A DNA stretch of 64,000 nt from positions 361,895-425,894 of the forward strand of contig NMRA01000318.1 of assembly GCA_002633005.1 (NCBI GenBank), given 5' to 3'. This DNA comes from Phoronis australis (Eukaryota; Animalia; Phoronida). The position numbers and the translations under genes are program-made. A model generated the notes under the pieces. It made no database searches. It worked only from the letters and a program-made list of their open reading frames with translations, and had not been told where the DNA came from. The stretch's first letter is position 1, and every line of letters starts with the position of its first letter. Below, piece after piece: positions 1 through 14,281 of the stretch.

Positions 1-1699
1 GGCTACCATATTGCTTTTTGGCGGCGTGTTTAAGTGGCTTTTGCGAACGTTAATTTTTTGTTTGTAGGCAGCTGGTGTGCATATATTATATCTTTAGGTG
101 TGTTGTTCCTTTTTACAATTTGTAATTTTTGGCACTATTTTGTTTCGATTGTAACTCGTAGAAAACCAGGAAAACGTGGAAAATAGTTTCCATACGTGGA
201 AAATTTATGGAAAATGGGGAAAGTCGAAACTGGATCATGCTATTTCTTTTTACCTTTAAATGTTGTTTAACTCATAGCCATGAATTCCTCTTGGACTTAT
301 CTAAGTGTTATTAATATAGGGCTTCACATGCATCACTGTTTTTCACTAAATCCATCCAGCTTATCTGGTTACTGATATTGTTTACATTGGTCAATGTTGC
401 CCTCCCCGACAAGTCTCCCTGTCTGGCTGTGTTTGTTCAGAACTTGTGCCTCTCTTGTACAATGTAGCGCAAGTTAAATATCATGTATTTTGTGCAAATT
501 ACAAGCTTATATTAATCCCAGTTCTTCAAAACAGTCTTAACAGTAAGAGGGACATAACACAACCGACGTGTGATTTTGTTCTGAACATTTATCAGTCCGA
601 GATAAAATAGATTTAGGTAACATTTCTGCAGTTAGAACACAGTTATGGCGGACGAGGAAAATTCTCTTTTTATCAAAAAATTCAACAATGAGTTAACTGT
701 AAAAAACATCACTTCATTATTATACAATTTATAGTATACAGCTGTCATCAGCATGAAGTTTTAAGCATTTTAACAATAATCTGGGCTTTTGAAAAATGGA
801 AAAACAACAATTGTGGCAATTATTTTTGTGGAAACGTGAGACATCTTTATTTTAAGCACAACCGGCCAACATTTTGGGGTGCCTCATCGCCATACTTTCT
901 GTTTGTTCATTGTGCTGAGCTAATATTCACATTTAGAGACATTGTCACCGAGCAACGCAGAAGTTCACTGCTGGGATCACGATGTCTGCTCTAGTTAACA
1001 CTCACATTTAACTGTAGACGCCCATTCTTGGTGTTAAAGTTTCTCAATATGAAACTGCATCTCTTGTGAAGGGATCCAGAAAAAAATCAAAATTTACGCC
1101 CCTTGTTCCGACTAAATAGGTCTCAAAATGTTTCTTGTGGTGTTAGGATTCTATTTTCATTGGTTTGAATAAACAGCTTGAGCATTAGTGATTCAAAAGT
1201 GCTTCAGGAAATCAAAATACTGGTCAACCATTATGAATTTGACCACACCCATTGAAACACAATATTTTCTCAGTTTCATATGAATGTTCAAACAGATGTT
1301 ATGAGCAAGGAAATTTAAATCCAGTTTGATAGGTTTTAATTAGAAAGTTTTTTGATTTCATGTTAAGACAGTAAGAGAAATGGAGTACAATGTCCATTTT
1401 TGGCCATTCCATTTATAGAAATGAAACAAAATGACTAAACTTCTCACGATTACATTGATAGGGTATATGCATATATACCATGTCGAACGTTTCGCTGAAA
1501 TTCGGACCGGTAGTCGGGGCCAGAGTTGTAACTTGGTGGAAGTACTGTTTTCTTTCAAAGAGAGAAAGGCTTCAGATTGCGAGGTGATGTACTTGGGTTT
1601 GTTGCGGAGCCATTTTTAATTGCTGGTGGTCTGATACACTTGTACCAGACATGCACAGGCTGCTCCGGTGGGCCTAATGCAGTGATCACCTGGAACCAC

Positions 1700-1845
1700 T
1701 GTTATTCTTTAATATATAGTTAAAACCGAGCTGAGGAGCTTAGAGACCTGACTCAATGGTCTAGCAGTGTGCCCAGGTGGGACTTAAACCCATAACCTTG
1801 TGTAAGAGAAGCAGACGCCTAGCCTACTAGGCCACACTGCCTCCA
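1700..1845 (-). mobile_element. tRNA-derived SINE fragment
   Basis: Minus strand reads GGAGGCAGTGTGGCCTAGTAGG (A box) ... GGTTTAAGTCCC (B box-like). A related copy lies at ~4300-4410. Confidence 0.55.
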
Positions 1846-2599
1846 GTATGGTTACTGGATATGAAGTTTATTCAAAGGTTTGATGTTGTAATGTATGTGT
1901 ATACGCTAATAGGAATTTAATCGCAGAACGCTTTGTTGTTCCAGAACCTTGATTCTCTGTGTGTTATTTGTCTTTAAAGGGTTTGTCACTAATCAGTTTT
2001 ATAGTTAAATTGTCAGCATTACACTGTATTTCACTATGCAGCAGTATGACTAAACCACTATAAATACTTTATGATGAAAACTATGTCTAGGCATTTCACA
2101 ATGTCGACCTGGAATACCATCCAGCTTTACACAGCTTTGATGTGAAAATTGGTTAATTTCGTCCTCGTATCCAGGCCAAAACTGACGATCATTTTTTTTC
2201 AATTATCTGATATGAACTGTGTCGGGCACGGTGCACTGGGTACGTTAGTTGATTGGCCAGGTGACATATATGATAGATACCTGTCTTGGTACAAAATGCT
2301 ATTACAGCAAAATGTTGTGCGAACACCCATTCGTCAGTTGTTGTCAAATTGTACATAACTCAGAACCTTACGTGTATGCTGTTGGTAACATTTCTTCGGT
2401 CACCTATCCCATCATCCTTTGGCATGAATTGTTTGCTGTAAATTAATGATTTAGTACCAACTGAAACATTTATTTTGCAAGTTGTTTTCTGTAATGTCCC
2501 TAATCCACTGCTTTTGTTACATTAGAAGAGAAAAATTCTGTGTACAGTACCCTAACAAAGTGGCTACTGTGTATTTTTGAGCACACTGCAACATGGTGC

Positions 2600-3211
<612 letters not shown>

Positions 3212-3524
3212 TGATTTCATAGCAAATTTGCATTGCATTTTTTATGAGAATCAAAACATTGCTGACATAAACCCAGCTAGTTCATTTTAGATATAGGGGC
3301 TACCTTCATGACATCTTAAATGAACTGTTACCCAATTAGAAACCTAATATGTATCTGTCTTAGCTAAGCCTAAGCCTAGAACCATATTGTTCATCATTAC
3401 TCTATATGTAAAAAGGTGGCGGGCGGTTTGAAAAATGGACCGACTTTTCCATTTGTTGCCATGCTGCATATGTAAGTCATGTAGATCTAGAGATTGATCC
3501 TTCGCCTATGAAAAGTTGGATAAG

Positions 3525-3603
3525 CCCTCTTGGAAAGCAGTGCTATCACTGAAGAGGCCACCCTCATTTTAAATATCACAATAATAAATAATAAATGAAT
3601 AAT
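3525..3603 (+). mobile_element. 3' tail fragment of an L2/CR1-type LINE
   Basis: CCCTCTTGGAAAGCAGTGCTATCACTGAAGAGGCCACCCTCATTTTAAATATCACAATAATAAAT... is the reverse complement of 57558-57635, the 3' end of the LINE relic. Confidence 0.75.
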
Positions 3604-4299
3604 ATTTTTTAAAATCATGTAGCAGTCCCGTATGAATTTCATGTGGAATGGAATTGTTTTTGTTAACATCTTTATCAGTTTTGTGACTACATGTTTTGTC
3701 AGCATAGGTTTCTTATTGATTAAGCAAAGTTGTTACAGAGAGAAATTGATTTTTGTTTACAGATCAGAGGTTCCTTTTAAGAACGTTTTGATTTCTCAGC
3801 TAGTTCTTTTAAGTGCCCGCTGTAACTTTCTATTTTTGAACCATCCCATTCATTTAAAACGACATGTTGTGGAGACCATGTGTTTTGTTGGCCCTGATGG
3901 AGCATTAAGTTACTGGCATGTTTTGTTTGACTGTCATTTTGTTATCAGTTACAGCAATATTGAGATCTTTCCAATTAAATTTCTGGCTGTAGTTCATTAC
4001 CAGTAACATATGGTCTGCTCTTAATAACAAAATGTGCTTTGGTAGTGGGGGGAGTGATAAGATCTGTTTGATGTTGCTGAATTGTTCTTCCACTTGATAT
4101 TCTTTGCAGTAAATGATATGAGGCTGCCATCACTGTGGTTTCATACTAACCGTTTAAAAATAGTGCAGGTGAACTGATACATGTTGCCTCAGACATGTGC
4201 AAGCCTCTCAGTTAGGTCCATTGCACCTGAAACCATTTTTTTTATTTATTAACATATACATATGAATATAACTCATAAGAATGCACAATTTAAGACCAA

Positions 4300-4410
4300 G
4301 TTGAGGAACTAGAGACGTGTTTCCTGGGTCTAGCTGTGGGGTCCAATGGGATTCCAACTGATGGCCTTGTGAAGAGGAGTCAGACACTCAACCCTTTAGG
4401 CCACACCGTC
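4300..4410 (-). mobile_element. tRNA-derived SINE fragment (same family as 1700-1845)
   Basis: GAGGAACTAGAGAC...TAGGCCACAC aligns by eye with 1734-1838. Confidence 0.45.
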
Positions 4411-4912
4411 TTTACATAATTTTTTTAACCAACATATATGTAACGGGAAGCTAAATATATCATGGATTTAACTGCATTGACTTACTTTTTGTCAAGTTAG
4501 GAAATGAAATATGTGCTCAATAATTAATGTGGTTTATGGTGATTAATACTTATTTTTATCAGCGACCACATAATTAAGATGCAGTCAACCTTGCGCTCTA
4601 TACAATTGATATGTGTTTTATCAATGTCTGTTAGAGTTCTTCAGGTTGCTGGTAATAACGTTTGGAAAAACACGCATTATGCACTGTGGGAGTATTCGGA
4701 CATCATAGACATTGCAGCCTTACAGTTGTCTCCCTTGCATATCAATAGCTTTGTAGGACATTAGATTGTGTGGGGATGTGTGGATGGCAATAGCTGAGGT
4801 TATAGTGAATGGAGAACAAGGGGGTGGGGCGGACTATCTCCAATACACATTTCGAAGTACAGATTGGTTGTAGCAATGTTCTATCTTGTCACCTGTCACC
4901 TATGACCTTTGA

Positions 4913-5101
<189 letters not shown>

Positions 5102-8100
5102 TAAAATTCAGGGCCTGGTAGCATAAAAGTTATGTGCTGGAAAGTAGCAGTGACGTCGCATTATCACGAGTCACGTTAGTGTCGAACGTTGCGCACAAAC
5201 TTACTCAGTTTAGAAGTTTTATGCAACTCAGCTTAGGTGTTTAGTTTCTCAAAAGGTTTTGCTGAGCCCACAGTCAAGGTGTGTGATTGCGGTTCATGTT
5301 CTTTGGTCGCCAGTAGGTAGGGCCGAGACGCATGCAGGCAGGGATGTATTGGTACTCTGACAACACTGAAACATAATTTTTCCAGAGGAACAATTGCTTT
5401 AATTTCTTTAAGTGTTTTTGATCAGTTACGTACGAATTCAAACAGAACCACTAATGCCATTGGCCTTCATTGTACAATTTGGACAGATTATTAAGTCATT
5501 GAGTATTATTACAGTCAATAATTCTCCATGTTGACCACTCATAACTTTTATATTGTCCACTGCTATTACAACGCCATTTTTCTTTGCCTTTGGTAATGCA
5601 GAACTCATCAACTGTTAGATCCTTTTGCTCACAAGCCCTAAACCACTACACTGCCAGCACGTTACCAATCTTGAATGTCTCCTTTTTATGTCATCCAGAT
5701 TCAGATGTCACAGTTGTTTATAAATAATTATAAAATATAAACCGCAAGGTGAATGCAAACTTGCATCAAGACATCGCAGTTCCCTCCGTCACGCTATTGT
5801 ACAAGATTTGTTTTCAAAGGCTAAACCTTTCACAACACTTTATTTGCATGGACTTTAGCCCGTTCATGCTTAGAGTGCTGACATGCAGCTTGCAATAGCA
5901 TTATGGTGTTTGTCGATTGTTTGCCTTAAAATCGATTGTTGTATAATCTCTCCTAGAAGGTAACCATTTGGTCTTTTGCCGTACATCTCCTGGAATTTTT
6001 TTTAATCGCTCCACAACATTTTGAGTAAAAAAACTGCTAGCCAACAAACGGAATGGATTACCGTCATAAGATCAAACATATCTTCCTTCCAGATGTAATC
6101 AGTAATAAAAACTGCTATTGACTTTCACAGGCGATCAATATGATGGTTTTCAGACTGATTCAATAGACTTTGAAAGGTGATTTTAGTTTCAAACTCTTCC
6201 CAAACGTTTGATGTTTGACGATGACTAGAGGGCATTATTTTGTCAAGTTGTCTCAGTGCTTAGCTCCCCATACAATGAATAACAAAAGTAATCGGACAAA
6301 CTACCGTTTAGCCATCGTCACAACAAATTCCCCCCTTAAAGCGAAAAGACACTTCACGTTATCTATTTGCGGCATAATCCTCACTCTGGAATAGCGTTTT
6401 TCAACCAGTGATTACTTTACGGTTAATTCCCCGCCATTCTCAATCATTGCGACGGCTACGGTGGTGGTAGATTCCATTTACGCTCGGCTGTCTTGACAAG
6501 GAATTCCAGGTCATTTTGTCCAATTACTCTCGCGGTGTTTTAGACACGAAATTACTAGGGTTCTGAATACTAAACATATCCCTTGAGCAATCATATCCAA
6601 TATGTCCTCGCATTCTGTCTGACCCAAAACATATTCTTCCCGTTGTTAACACAGCAGAATTAAATACCAGTCTGCTGACTGAATGATACTGCACATGTAT
6701 TTGTTACACATCTGTATTACCATCGTCTGCAGATGTGGGTTATGGAGGACAATTATGCATGGAATTTGTTGGAATAGCTGCTGTAGTTAGCCGATGATGA
6801 CTTGGCATTCGTCCAACTATATTGGTTAACAGCACATCCCATGTTTTTTGCTCTGGCTTTCCTGTTGATACATTGATAGATAACTCTTGTTATAGGATAT
6901 GTAGGACCCTTGAAAAATGTCCAAATTTGGCCAACACATGTCAGAAGTAGCTGATGAAATTCACATGAAACTTTCCGATACAAAATGCTTTTTGCAATGT
7001 TTTCCAAATTTTGTTAGGAATTGTTTTTAAAATGTTTCTCACCTTGAGCATTTATATTAAATTAAAATTTGACCGTGTTATTGTTACCATTGTCTCGCTG
7101 TAAACGTGCCTTGATGGCATATTGGTAAAAATCCAAAAATCATAATTCTACAGGCTTTCTGATTTGAGGAAATTTATCCTTTTACTGATCTAAAATCTAT
7201 TGAGTTTGGTTATTTGGCTAAATATGCAAGACTGTCAATAAGGTCCAACATATTTTTAATTGTTTTAATCTTAGTAATGACATCACCAAAGGGGGCCCTG
7301 GTGCACACGCGCACGTGCGCACACACACACACGTGTACATACAGACATACAAATATGCATGTATATAGCTTCTTTGTGTTGGACACGACTCCTATAATTT
7401 GGACAGTATATGGTTAATTACCCAGTTTATTGCATTCAGTCTTGTGTCCATATTAGGTCACGTATCTACTTTGGTATTATTGATTGTGTTTAGCTGCCTT
7501 TCTGTGTAGCATGAGCCAATTTGGGATTACTGTATTACACTCAATTATTAGTAGTGATCAGTTAATGACTGTGTACACTGTGTCCATAAAGTTATTAAGT
7601 CAGTCCCAACTAGTTACGATAACATCTCCCCAGTTGAGGGCACAATATGGCATGCAGTTGCAGGCAAGCGAAATTTAAGTTTTCTCATTTTTCCATAAAA
7701 GACAGTGGTCACCAAATGAATGCTTTGCCATTTTCAAGCTGTCTAACATAGCTACCATCGGATAATACTTCAAAAAGTGTGGACACTCAATACCTTTAAA
7801 TAGAAACGAGGTTACTTTTGGTAATTACTGTTTTCAGAAATTAGCGACATTTTACCGTGTGATGTAGAGATAAATCATAAATAAAGTTGAACACTACTCC
7901 CGTGTATTGGTGAAAGATTGGATGACTAATTATTTCTGGCAACACTGATGTAACATATTGAAGTTTATCAGTAATTTATGAATGATCTGTTGCAGCGAAT
8001 CCAAATGGTGTATGCAGCAGACAAGATAATGTAAATCTATGCGCAAGATAAATACATTCACAAATCGTGCTATAACGATTGTTATAATCCACCGCCTATT

Positions 8101-8325
8101 TAGTATTATAATACACGGAGAAAGAATTTTGTTTTGTGGAATAGCTCACGAAACATTAGACAGATTTTGCTTCATTACTGACATCATTTGCGCAGAACAG
8201 CTGTCGGCCTAAAAACTGAGTTTGTTGGATTTGTATTTGTGTACAAAATCCGCAATTCCTCTTCTTCTATTTAAAGTTTCACAATGGAACATGTATTATG
8301 AATATTTCCCTTTACTTTTTGATAG

Positions 8326-8429
8326 GCTTTATGTTGGAACCAGACCCTGATAAGAGGCCAGATATCTTTCAAATTTGTTATTTGGCCTTCGGATTGGCTG
8401 GCCGTGAAAACCCGGTGAAAAATGTTGAC
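8326..8429 (+). CDS. AAK1: AAK1/BMP2K kinase exon (subdomain XI)
   Basis: gatag|GC...GAC|gtaag. Encodes GFMLEPDPDKRPDIFQICYLAFGLAGRENPVKNVD; phase 1 to 0. Confidence 0.93.
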
Positions 8430-8754
8430 GTAAGTTGGATTGAAATTTTTGTTTTACTATTATTTTGATTGCCTGTTGATGTTTATTTCTCTGCTGTGCA
8501 ATGTTGTGTACATAATCATCAATTAATACAGCTGCATGAAGAAATAGGTCAGTAAACCGGTGGCTTCACACTTAGTGGAGAAATTGTTGATATTTGAAGA
8601 ATGTTTGATAATTTTACTTGGGAATAAGTTCACCCGCATTTTGTCAACAGTATAAAAACGGCTTTTAGTCGAACATAACCAGTACCGATGAACTTTAATG
8701 TATTCAAAATTCCATCATAATCTTGTCATATTTGGTGCATTGATATGTTTGTAG

Positions 8755-8837
8755 GGTTATCCAATTCCAAACATCAACAAACTGCCTGTCCCAATGAAGG
8801 ACTCAGAATCTAGACAAGCCCGTTCCAACACCCCCAG
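8755..8837 (+). CDS. AAK1: AAK1/BMP2K exon (post-kinase linker)
   Basis: ttgtag|GGT...CCCAG|gtgag. Encodes GYPIPNINKLPVPMKDSESRQARSNTP; phase 0 to 2. Confidence 0.85.
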
Positions 8838-9068
8838 GTGAGCAGGTGTGGCAACACTGTGCAGTCAGATATTATCAGACTAGAAATACGTTAAGTTGCA
8901 TGTCACTTTTGCAGAGTGCGAGGTATTGATTGATGGGACTAGATGCGAGTTTCTCATGGCTAATAGTCGTTTTTGTTGCAAACACTTAGTTGGTCGTAAT
9001 TACATCTGATTAACATGGTGACCAAGGTTCATATAATTGTGACTTTTAATGTCAGTCTTTCTGCATAG

Positions 9069-9217
9069 GTCAATACAGAACCAAACCATCGAGACGACGT
9101 CGGTTGCACCTCGTCAGAGACCCAAGCCAGGCCAGGCAAACAACCTGCCCCGCGGGCCCATACAGACTACAATCACACCGCGAAAACGTCCAACACCCGT
9201 GGGGACACCTGTTGGCG
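9069..9217 (+). CDS. AAK1: AAK1/BMP2K exon
   Basis: catag|G...GGCG|gtatg. Encodes TIETTSVAPRQRPKPGQ...TITPRKRP, matching the AAK1 ETSIAPRQRPKAGQ...LTPRKR motif; phase 2 to 1. Confidence 0.9.
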
Positions 9218-9337
9218 GTATGTCATCTTTAAACTTTACACAACCGCGTTTTCAATTTTTCAAAAAACATTTTGTGCTCTCAGCTTTTATGTATGTTCCA
9301 TTGGTTGAGAATGATGGCAATTTTAATTTCTTATTAA

Positions 9338-10157
9338 GGGCGGTTCCAGTAAAATCCGTGTGGGAGGGAGGGGATGGCAGTAGAAATAAAAATTCATGGG
9401 TGGTGGTGTTCAGAAAAAAAATCAAATTATGAGTGGTCGTTCCTGTAAGAAGTGATGCATTAAAATGGGTGGTATTTTTTGACCTGTTAATGTTGACAGG
9501 TTGGTTACTTCAGCTGTCTAAACTCAAAAAAATGCAAATGGCATATATCCTAAATTAACCCAATACAAAAAAGCCCATATTGCCAGTGAACAGAGTGCAA
9601 TATGTTCACTAAGCCATTAATCAAGTCATGGGCAACTGGATTTGAGCCAACTGTTTGTCTGCAGTCCTGTTGAATTGAAAAGTTATGCAACACTAAACTG
9701 GTGTTAACACATATAAGAAAATTGATGATTTTTAAATAAAAAGTATGAGGAGTAAGATAAACAAGCTCCAATATTCACTTGACATAGAAGTATAAAAGAG
9801 TTCGTGGAGACAGTTTGAGATTCATAGATCCTTATAATTGAAAAAATGTTCATTGAAATTATAGACACATGGTGAACAGAGACACCTGGTGGCTGCCAAA
9901 AGTATTGCTCACAAGCTACTTTAGTTTTTGACAATATTGGACAAGACAACTAGTTCTTGTCTGTCAATCATCTAAGTTTTTAACAGGTCCTCCTGGAGGC
10001 AATTTGTTTGCAAGTGTTGGATTTTATATTTTAGCCTATTAAAAATAATAAAAAAATTATGGGTCATGGGTTGAAGAAATAAATGAAAAATGTGGGCGGC
10101 GGGTACGAAATAAAAGTGCCTTCCCCCCCTCCCATACAGATTTTGCTGGAACAGGCC
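9338..10157. mobile_element. PIF/Harbinger-type MITE
   Basis: ~35-bp imperfect TIRs (GGGCGGTTCCAGTAAAATCCGTGTGGGAGGG / CCCTCCCATACAGATTTTGCTGGAACAGGCC) with TAA on both sides. Confidence 0.75.
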
Positions 10158-10665
10158 TAAATAAAACAATCACCAATTTTCACGTTTTTGCATGTCTTGG
10201 TTTTTGTCTTTAACCTCTTTCCGCTGCCATTTGGTGGGTAGTCTTTTATGTGTTTCCACAGAGTGACTGAAATATTTGCTAGTCATCTGACTATGTACAA
10301 CTGAACGTCAAAAACTAGCTAGGAATCGTCAGTAAAAAATTGTCAAAATGAACAAATGTAGCTTTTTCAGTCCACTAAAACTCGATTTCTGGTCGTCTTG
10401 CTATGCAATTCATTCCAAACTGGAGACCACCCGGCGTTTAACCAGTGCCTACCATGTCTGATAGACCTCTGAAAGAAGCTTAATCAGACAATTATCACTA
10501 ACACCACCTTTGTTACAAATGATGACTAAGTAGAGTAGAATCCTGACGTGCACAATGACCATCTGATTTAGTTTTTGCTGTAGTAGAACTACATGTATCG
10601 GGATAGAAATGCAATTCTCTGGAAATTCATCGGAGAGTATACACTTGTCCCGTTGTTCTTTTCAG

Positions 10666-11192
10666 AATTACAACAGAGTTCTTCTAATCACAACAGTGTC
10701 AATCAGCACAACAGTGGCCAACAGCAACAACAACAACAACAGCAGTTGTATCAACAACAGTTGTATGCTCAACAACAGTTGCTTGCTCAACAACAACAAC
10801 AACAAAAGTTGTATGCTCAACAACTTGCTTTGAAGCAGCAACAGCAGCAACAACAGTTGGCTGCTCAGCAGCAACAGCAGCAACAACAGTTGGCTGCTCA
10901 GCAGCAGCAACAACAACAACAACAACAGCAACAACAATTGACTGCAGCACAGCAGCAATACTTGCAACAGCAGCAAGCAGCTATGTTGCAGCAACAACAG
11001 CAGCAGAAGCAATTGGCCATGCAGCAGCAACAGCAACAACAAGTAAACTTTTCACAACAACGGCAGAACCATTCAGCTCAACAATTGCAATATCAAGGCC
11101 ACCAGTTTCCTGTACACCAGCAACATCAACATCAGTATCAAATCCAACACCAAAATGATATCAACGGACAGCATCACCAGCAGCCAACGCAG
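10666..11192 (+). CDS. AAK1: AAK1/BMP2K glutamine-rich (poly-Q) exon
   Basis: ttttcag|AA...ACGCAG|gtaac. Open CAA/CAG-rich frame; phase 1 to 0. A Q-rich region follows the kinase in AAK1/BMP2K. Confidence 0.88.
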
Positions 11193-12176
11193 GTAACTAG
11201 TTCTTGCTTAAAGCTTCACTACCTTGAGCCTGCCAATGGTGAATATTGAGAGTAAAACTTCTGCACATAGTCTTGTGATGTGGTCAAGGTATGAGGTCAA
11301 AGGTTATAACACTCTACTTCAGGGCTTGGAGTTTTCCTCTTTCAGGAGGATTTCCCCTTTTTTAGGTTTTGATTTCCTCTTATTTGATTTCTAGTTTCCT
11401 TTTTTTAGTCTCTCTTTATCATTATTTGGACTTTATTCATGCAAAAACGTTTATTTCACTTAAACTTTACAACACAAAAAATCTATCACACCAACCAATT
11501 TGTGGAACGATACATCACCTGGAAATTTTTCCTCTTTTTGGTCATTGGTCTTTCCAAACCTAAGTAAAATTACTATACCCAGTGTTTCAATTTTGTACAA
11601 GTTAAGGGGCCAAAGGACCCTGGTTTTGCAAAATTTGCTTGTCGGCTTTGAAATGAAGAGCACAAAAATGCCTGTAACAATTCACTTTAAGTTCGTTTTA
11701 TAAACTTGTGAAAAGCTTTCAACTTTTGGTTTGAAAAGTTGGAGGCACAATGTGCTTATGATATTTACATTTTAAGTTCTAACTCAGATACCATAAGGAT
11801 TGCTTATTGCTTGCTAGGTGTTTGCTTGCCATAGGTTATGCATCCTAGTTTGAAATGGTAGACAAGTGTTCATAGATGATAGTCGTCTTCCTTTAGTCAA
11901 AGCATTACCCTGAAGCCATGTTCAACGAAGTGTTGTTCATCTACATGTTAGCATCGTGTAACACACTATCTGAAAAAAACTTCCCACGTTTGAATGTGAA
12001 AAATAATTGTTGCAATACTTTACTCTTTAGTTTATGCATTGCCCTATTAAACATTAGTCTTTAAATTTTGATTTGTGGAACGCTGCAGGTTAATGTTTTG
12101 ACTCTTTCCCCGGCCTTGCGTGTGCATTATTTCCCCTGTCACATCACTATAGTCGCATCCTGATCCACTCTTTCAG

Positions 12177-12296
12177 GATTTGCTAGTGTCGCTCGAGCCT
12201 GTGCTAGACTCTAGTAACCCTTCTATTACCTCTGGACAGTTGCAGTTTGACAGCAGCGGTGTGTTCAAAGTGCCCTTACCTGTCGATCCACTGAGT
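12177..12296 (+). CDS. AAK1: AAK1/BMP2K exon
   Basis: tttcag|GAT...AGT|gtaag. Encodes DLLVSLEPVLDSSNPSITSGQLQFDSSGVFKVPLPVDPLS; symmetric 120 nt. A possible in-frame alternative acceptor lies 24 nt upstream (exon start 12153). Confidence 0.65.
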
Positions 12297-12855
12297 GTAA
12301 GTGGATATTGACCTCTTGAGTAGACGTAGTGTGCTTGTCAGCAAAAAAGCATGTTGCTTTATGACTATGACTATGACAGGTCATTGACAACTAATAATTA
12401 AATTCAGTTGTGTTCTACCTATACCGGAGTTTGGACTTAAAGGTGACATGATAAGAATACTGTGCTCCATTAGATACTGCCTGATATGATTAGATGTCTT
12501 GATGTTGAATGTTGATTTTTTAGTTTTTATTTTTCATTTGTTTTGAACTGTTGTAAATGCTTTTCCCACGCAGTGCTGATTAGGTCTAGCTGAAATCGCA
12601 AACTATCAAACTAATAGATTAATTGAATTGGTGGTTTATGGTGAATCTTTCCTTTTAATGAAATCTATTTGTCCATAGTTTTGTGATGCGTAATGAGGAA
12701 GGATAACTCTGTGTATTAAAAAACAAAGAGTTCCCCCACTCAACATGAGACAAGTCAGAGTTTCTTTAAATAGGTTCATCAGGATGTTCTGTATGCAGAA
12801 GGAAGTTCGTGGCAACTTTATGGTTCCTCTTTAACCTTGGTATTTTTCTTTTCAG

Positions 12856-12980
12856 CAAAGCCAACCTCTAGTCAGGTTAACACCAAATAGCTCACCTCAG
12901 ATGAAAAGTCACCGTAGAAATGTCAGCGACACTGCCGCCTTGGTACCTGGAATAGGCAAACATAAGGCTAGTGCATTTAC
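12856..12980 (+). CDS. AAK1: AAK1/BMP2K exon
   Basis: ttttcag|CAA...TTAC|gtgag. LTPNSSPQMKSHRRNVSD matches AAK1 LTPPSSP...HRRILSD; phase 0 to 2. Confidence 0.88.
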
Positions 12981-14185
12981 GTGAGTACGGTAATCTCGTG
13001 TGCCTGCTTTTTCGGATATTGTCCCACTGAAAAGATGGCAAAATTACCCGCTCTATAGATTGAAAACACATCCGAAATTTAAGAAATATGGCGAACACGA
13101 AAATCGTCTTTGTCCCAAATTCCAGAATCAATAAAATTCAATCAGTTTTTGCAGGAGTTTTCCTGCTTCAAATTCTAGAAACTTCCATATTGAAGACTTT
13201 TTACTGTAGCCTCATTTTAGCTGACCCCAAATTTGTACGAAGTTATACATCTGAGATTTCCTTAAAATTGTCTACATTTGTGAATACCGGTCTCACGAGA
13301 ATTTTAGCTTCCTAAAGGTATGAAACGGCCGTCAGCACCTTGAGCTGTCCAGTTGTGAAATTACCCACACTGTAGGAGATGCGGTTCTTTTGGCTCAATA
13401 TTATTGCACTAGTGGGCAAAAATGTCACATGAGCGAATTGAGCTATCGCAAGCTCCGCCCCTAGCGCAATGTCGACAAACGAACAATAAGTTTTACCTGG
13501 CAACGTGTTGTTTGTCGGGTAAAATGGCGGCTTGGAAACAAAGTTGTGTCACGAATGCTGCGTTCTGATTGGTCAGTTAAGCCGTCACTCAAAATCCTTT
13601 CAACAGGTCTATTGACCCTTTTTGTAAATGTCTACCACAATCTCACCATTCTTGTTTTTAAATGCAAGTGATTTATGAGTTCCCCTATCTAAACACCCCA
13701 GGCTTTAACTCGGACTAGTGCTCTATAGAGCCCGAGATTTCAGTTGTAATTATCTGATAATGCATAATCAAATTTGCTTTCTACTTGCAATAGTGAAATA
13801 TCAAATAGTTTTGATGTCTTCTAAGGTTTGATTTGGCTTTGCAGTGAATTGCATTGTCCTGGTTCTAAAGTTTGTGTCTCATGTGCCATGGAGTATCCAA
13901 AGACTCTCGTCAAAACTTTGACAGGATTTCACAATTTCACCATGCTAATCACATGGCTTTGCTGTCTGGCACGAACTTTACCAAATCAGCGTCATTCAAA
14001 GCGAAGGTTGTCGTAGATTTTCAGATTATTCTGTCACCAACTGGTCGTAAGCTGTCATAATACAATGAGATACTACCATTTGTTTTTCGAGTAGGAAGTG
14101 CCTTCAGTAGATCATACTGCAGTTGGCACATCTGTCACTTTCAGTGTATGAATGACTCTGTTCCACTATTCTCATTTTGTTCCAG

Positions 14186-14281
14186 GGCGTATCAATCTAA
14201 CGAGTTACATCCAGCCATGCCTGTGGAAGACCTGACAAAGTCCAAGTCAGCCTCCACAACACCGAGCCATTCACCTCCTAG
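14186..14281 (+). CDS. AAK1: AAK1/BMP2K exon
   Basis: ttccag|G...CCTAG|gtagt. KSKSASTTPSHSPP matches AAK1 KSKSATTTPSGSPR; phase 2 to 2. Confidence 0.88.

Noticed and set aside
1700-1845. tRNA gene
   Set aside because: A and B boxes are present, but there is no complete cloverleaf and a diverged second copy exists, so a SINE is the better explanation.
10668-11042. Poly-Leu and poly-Val ORFs on the minus strand
   Set aside because: Antisense shadows of the poly-Q exon.
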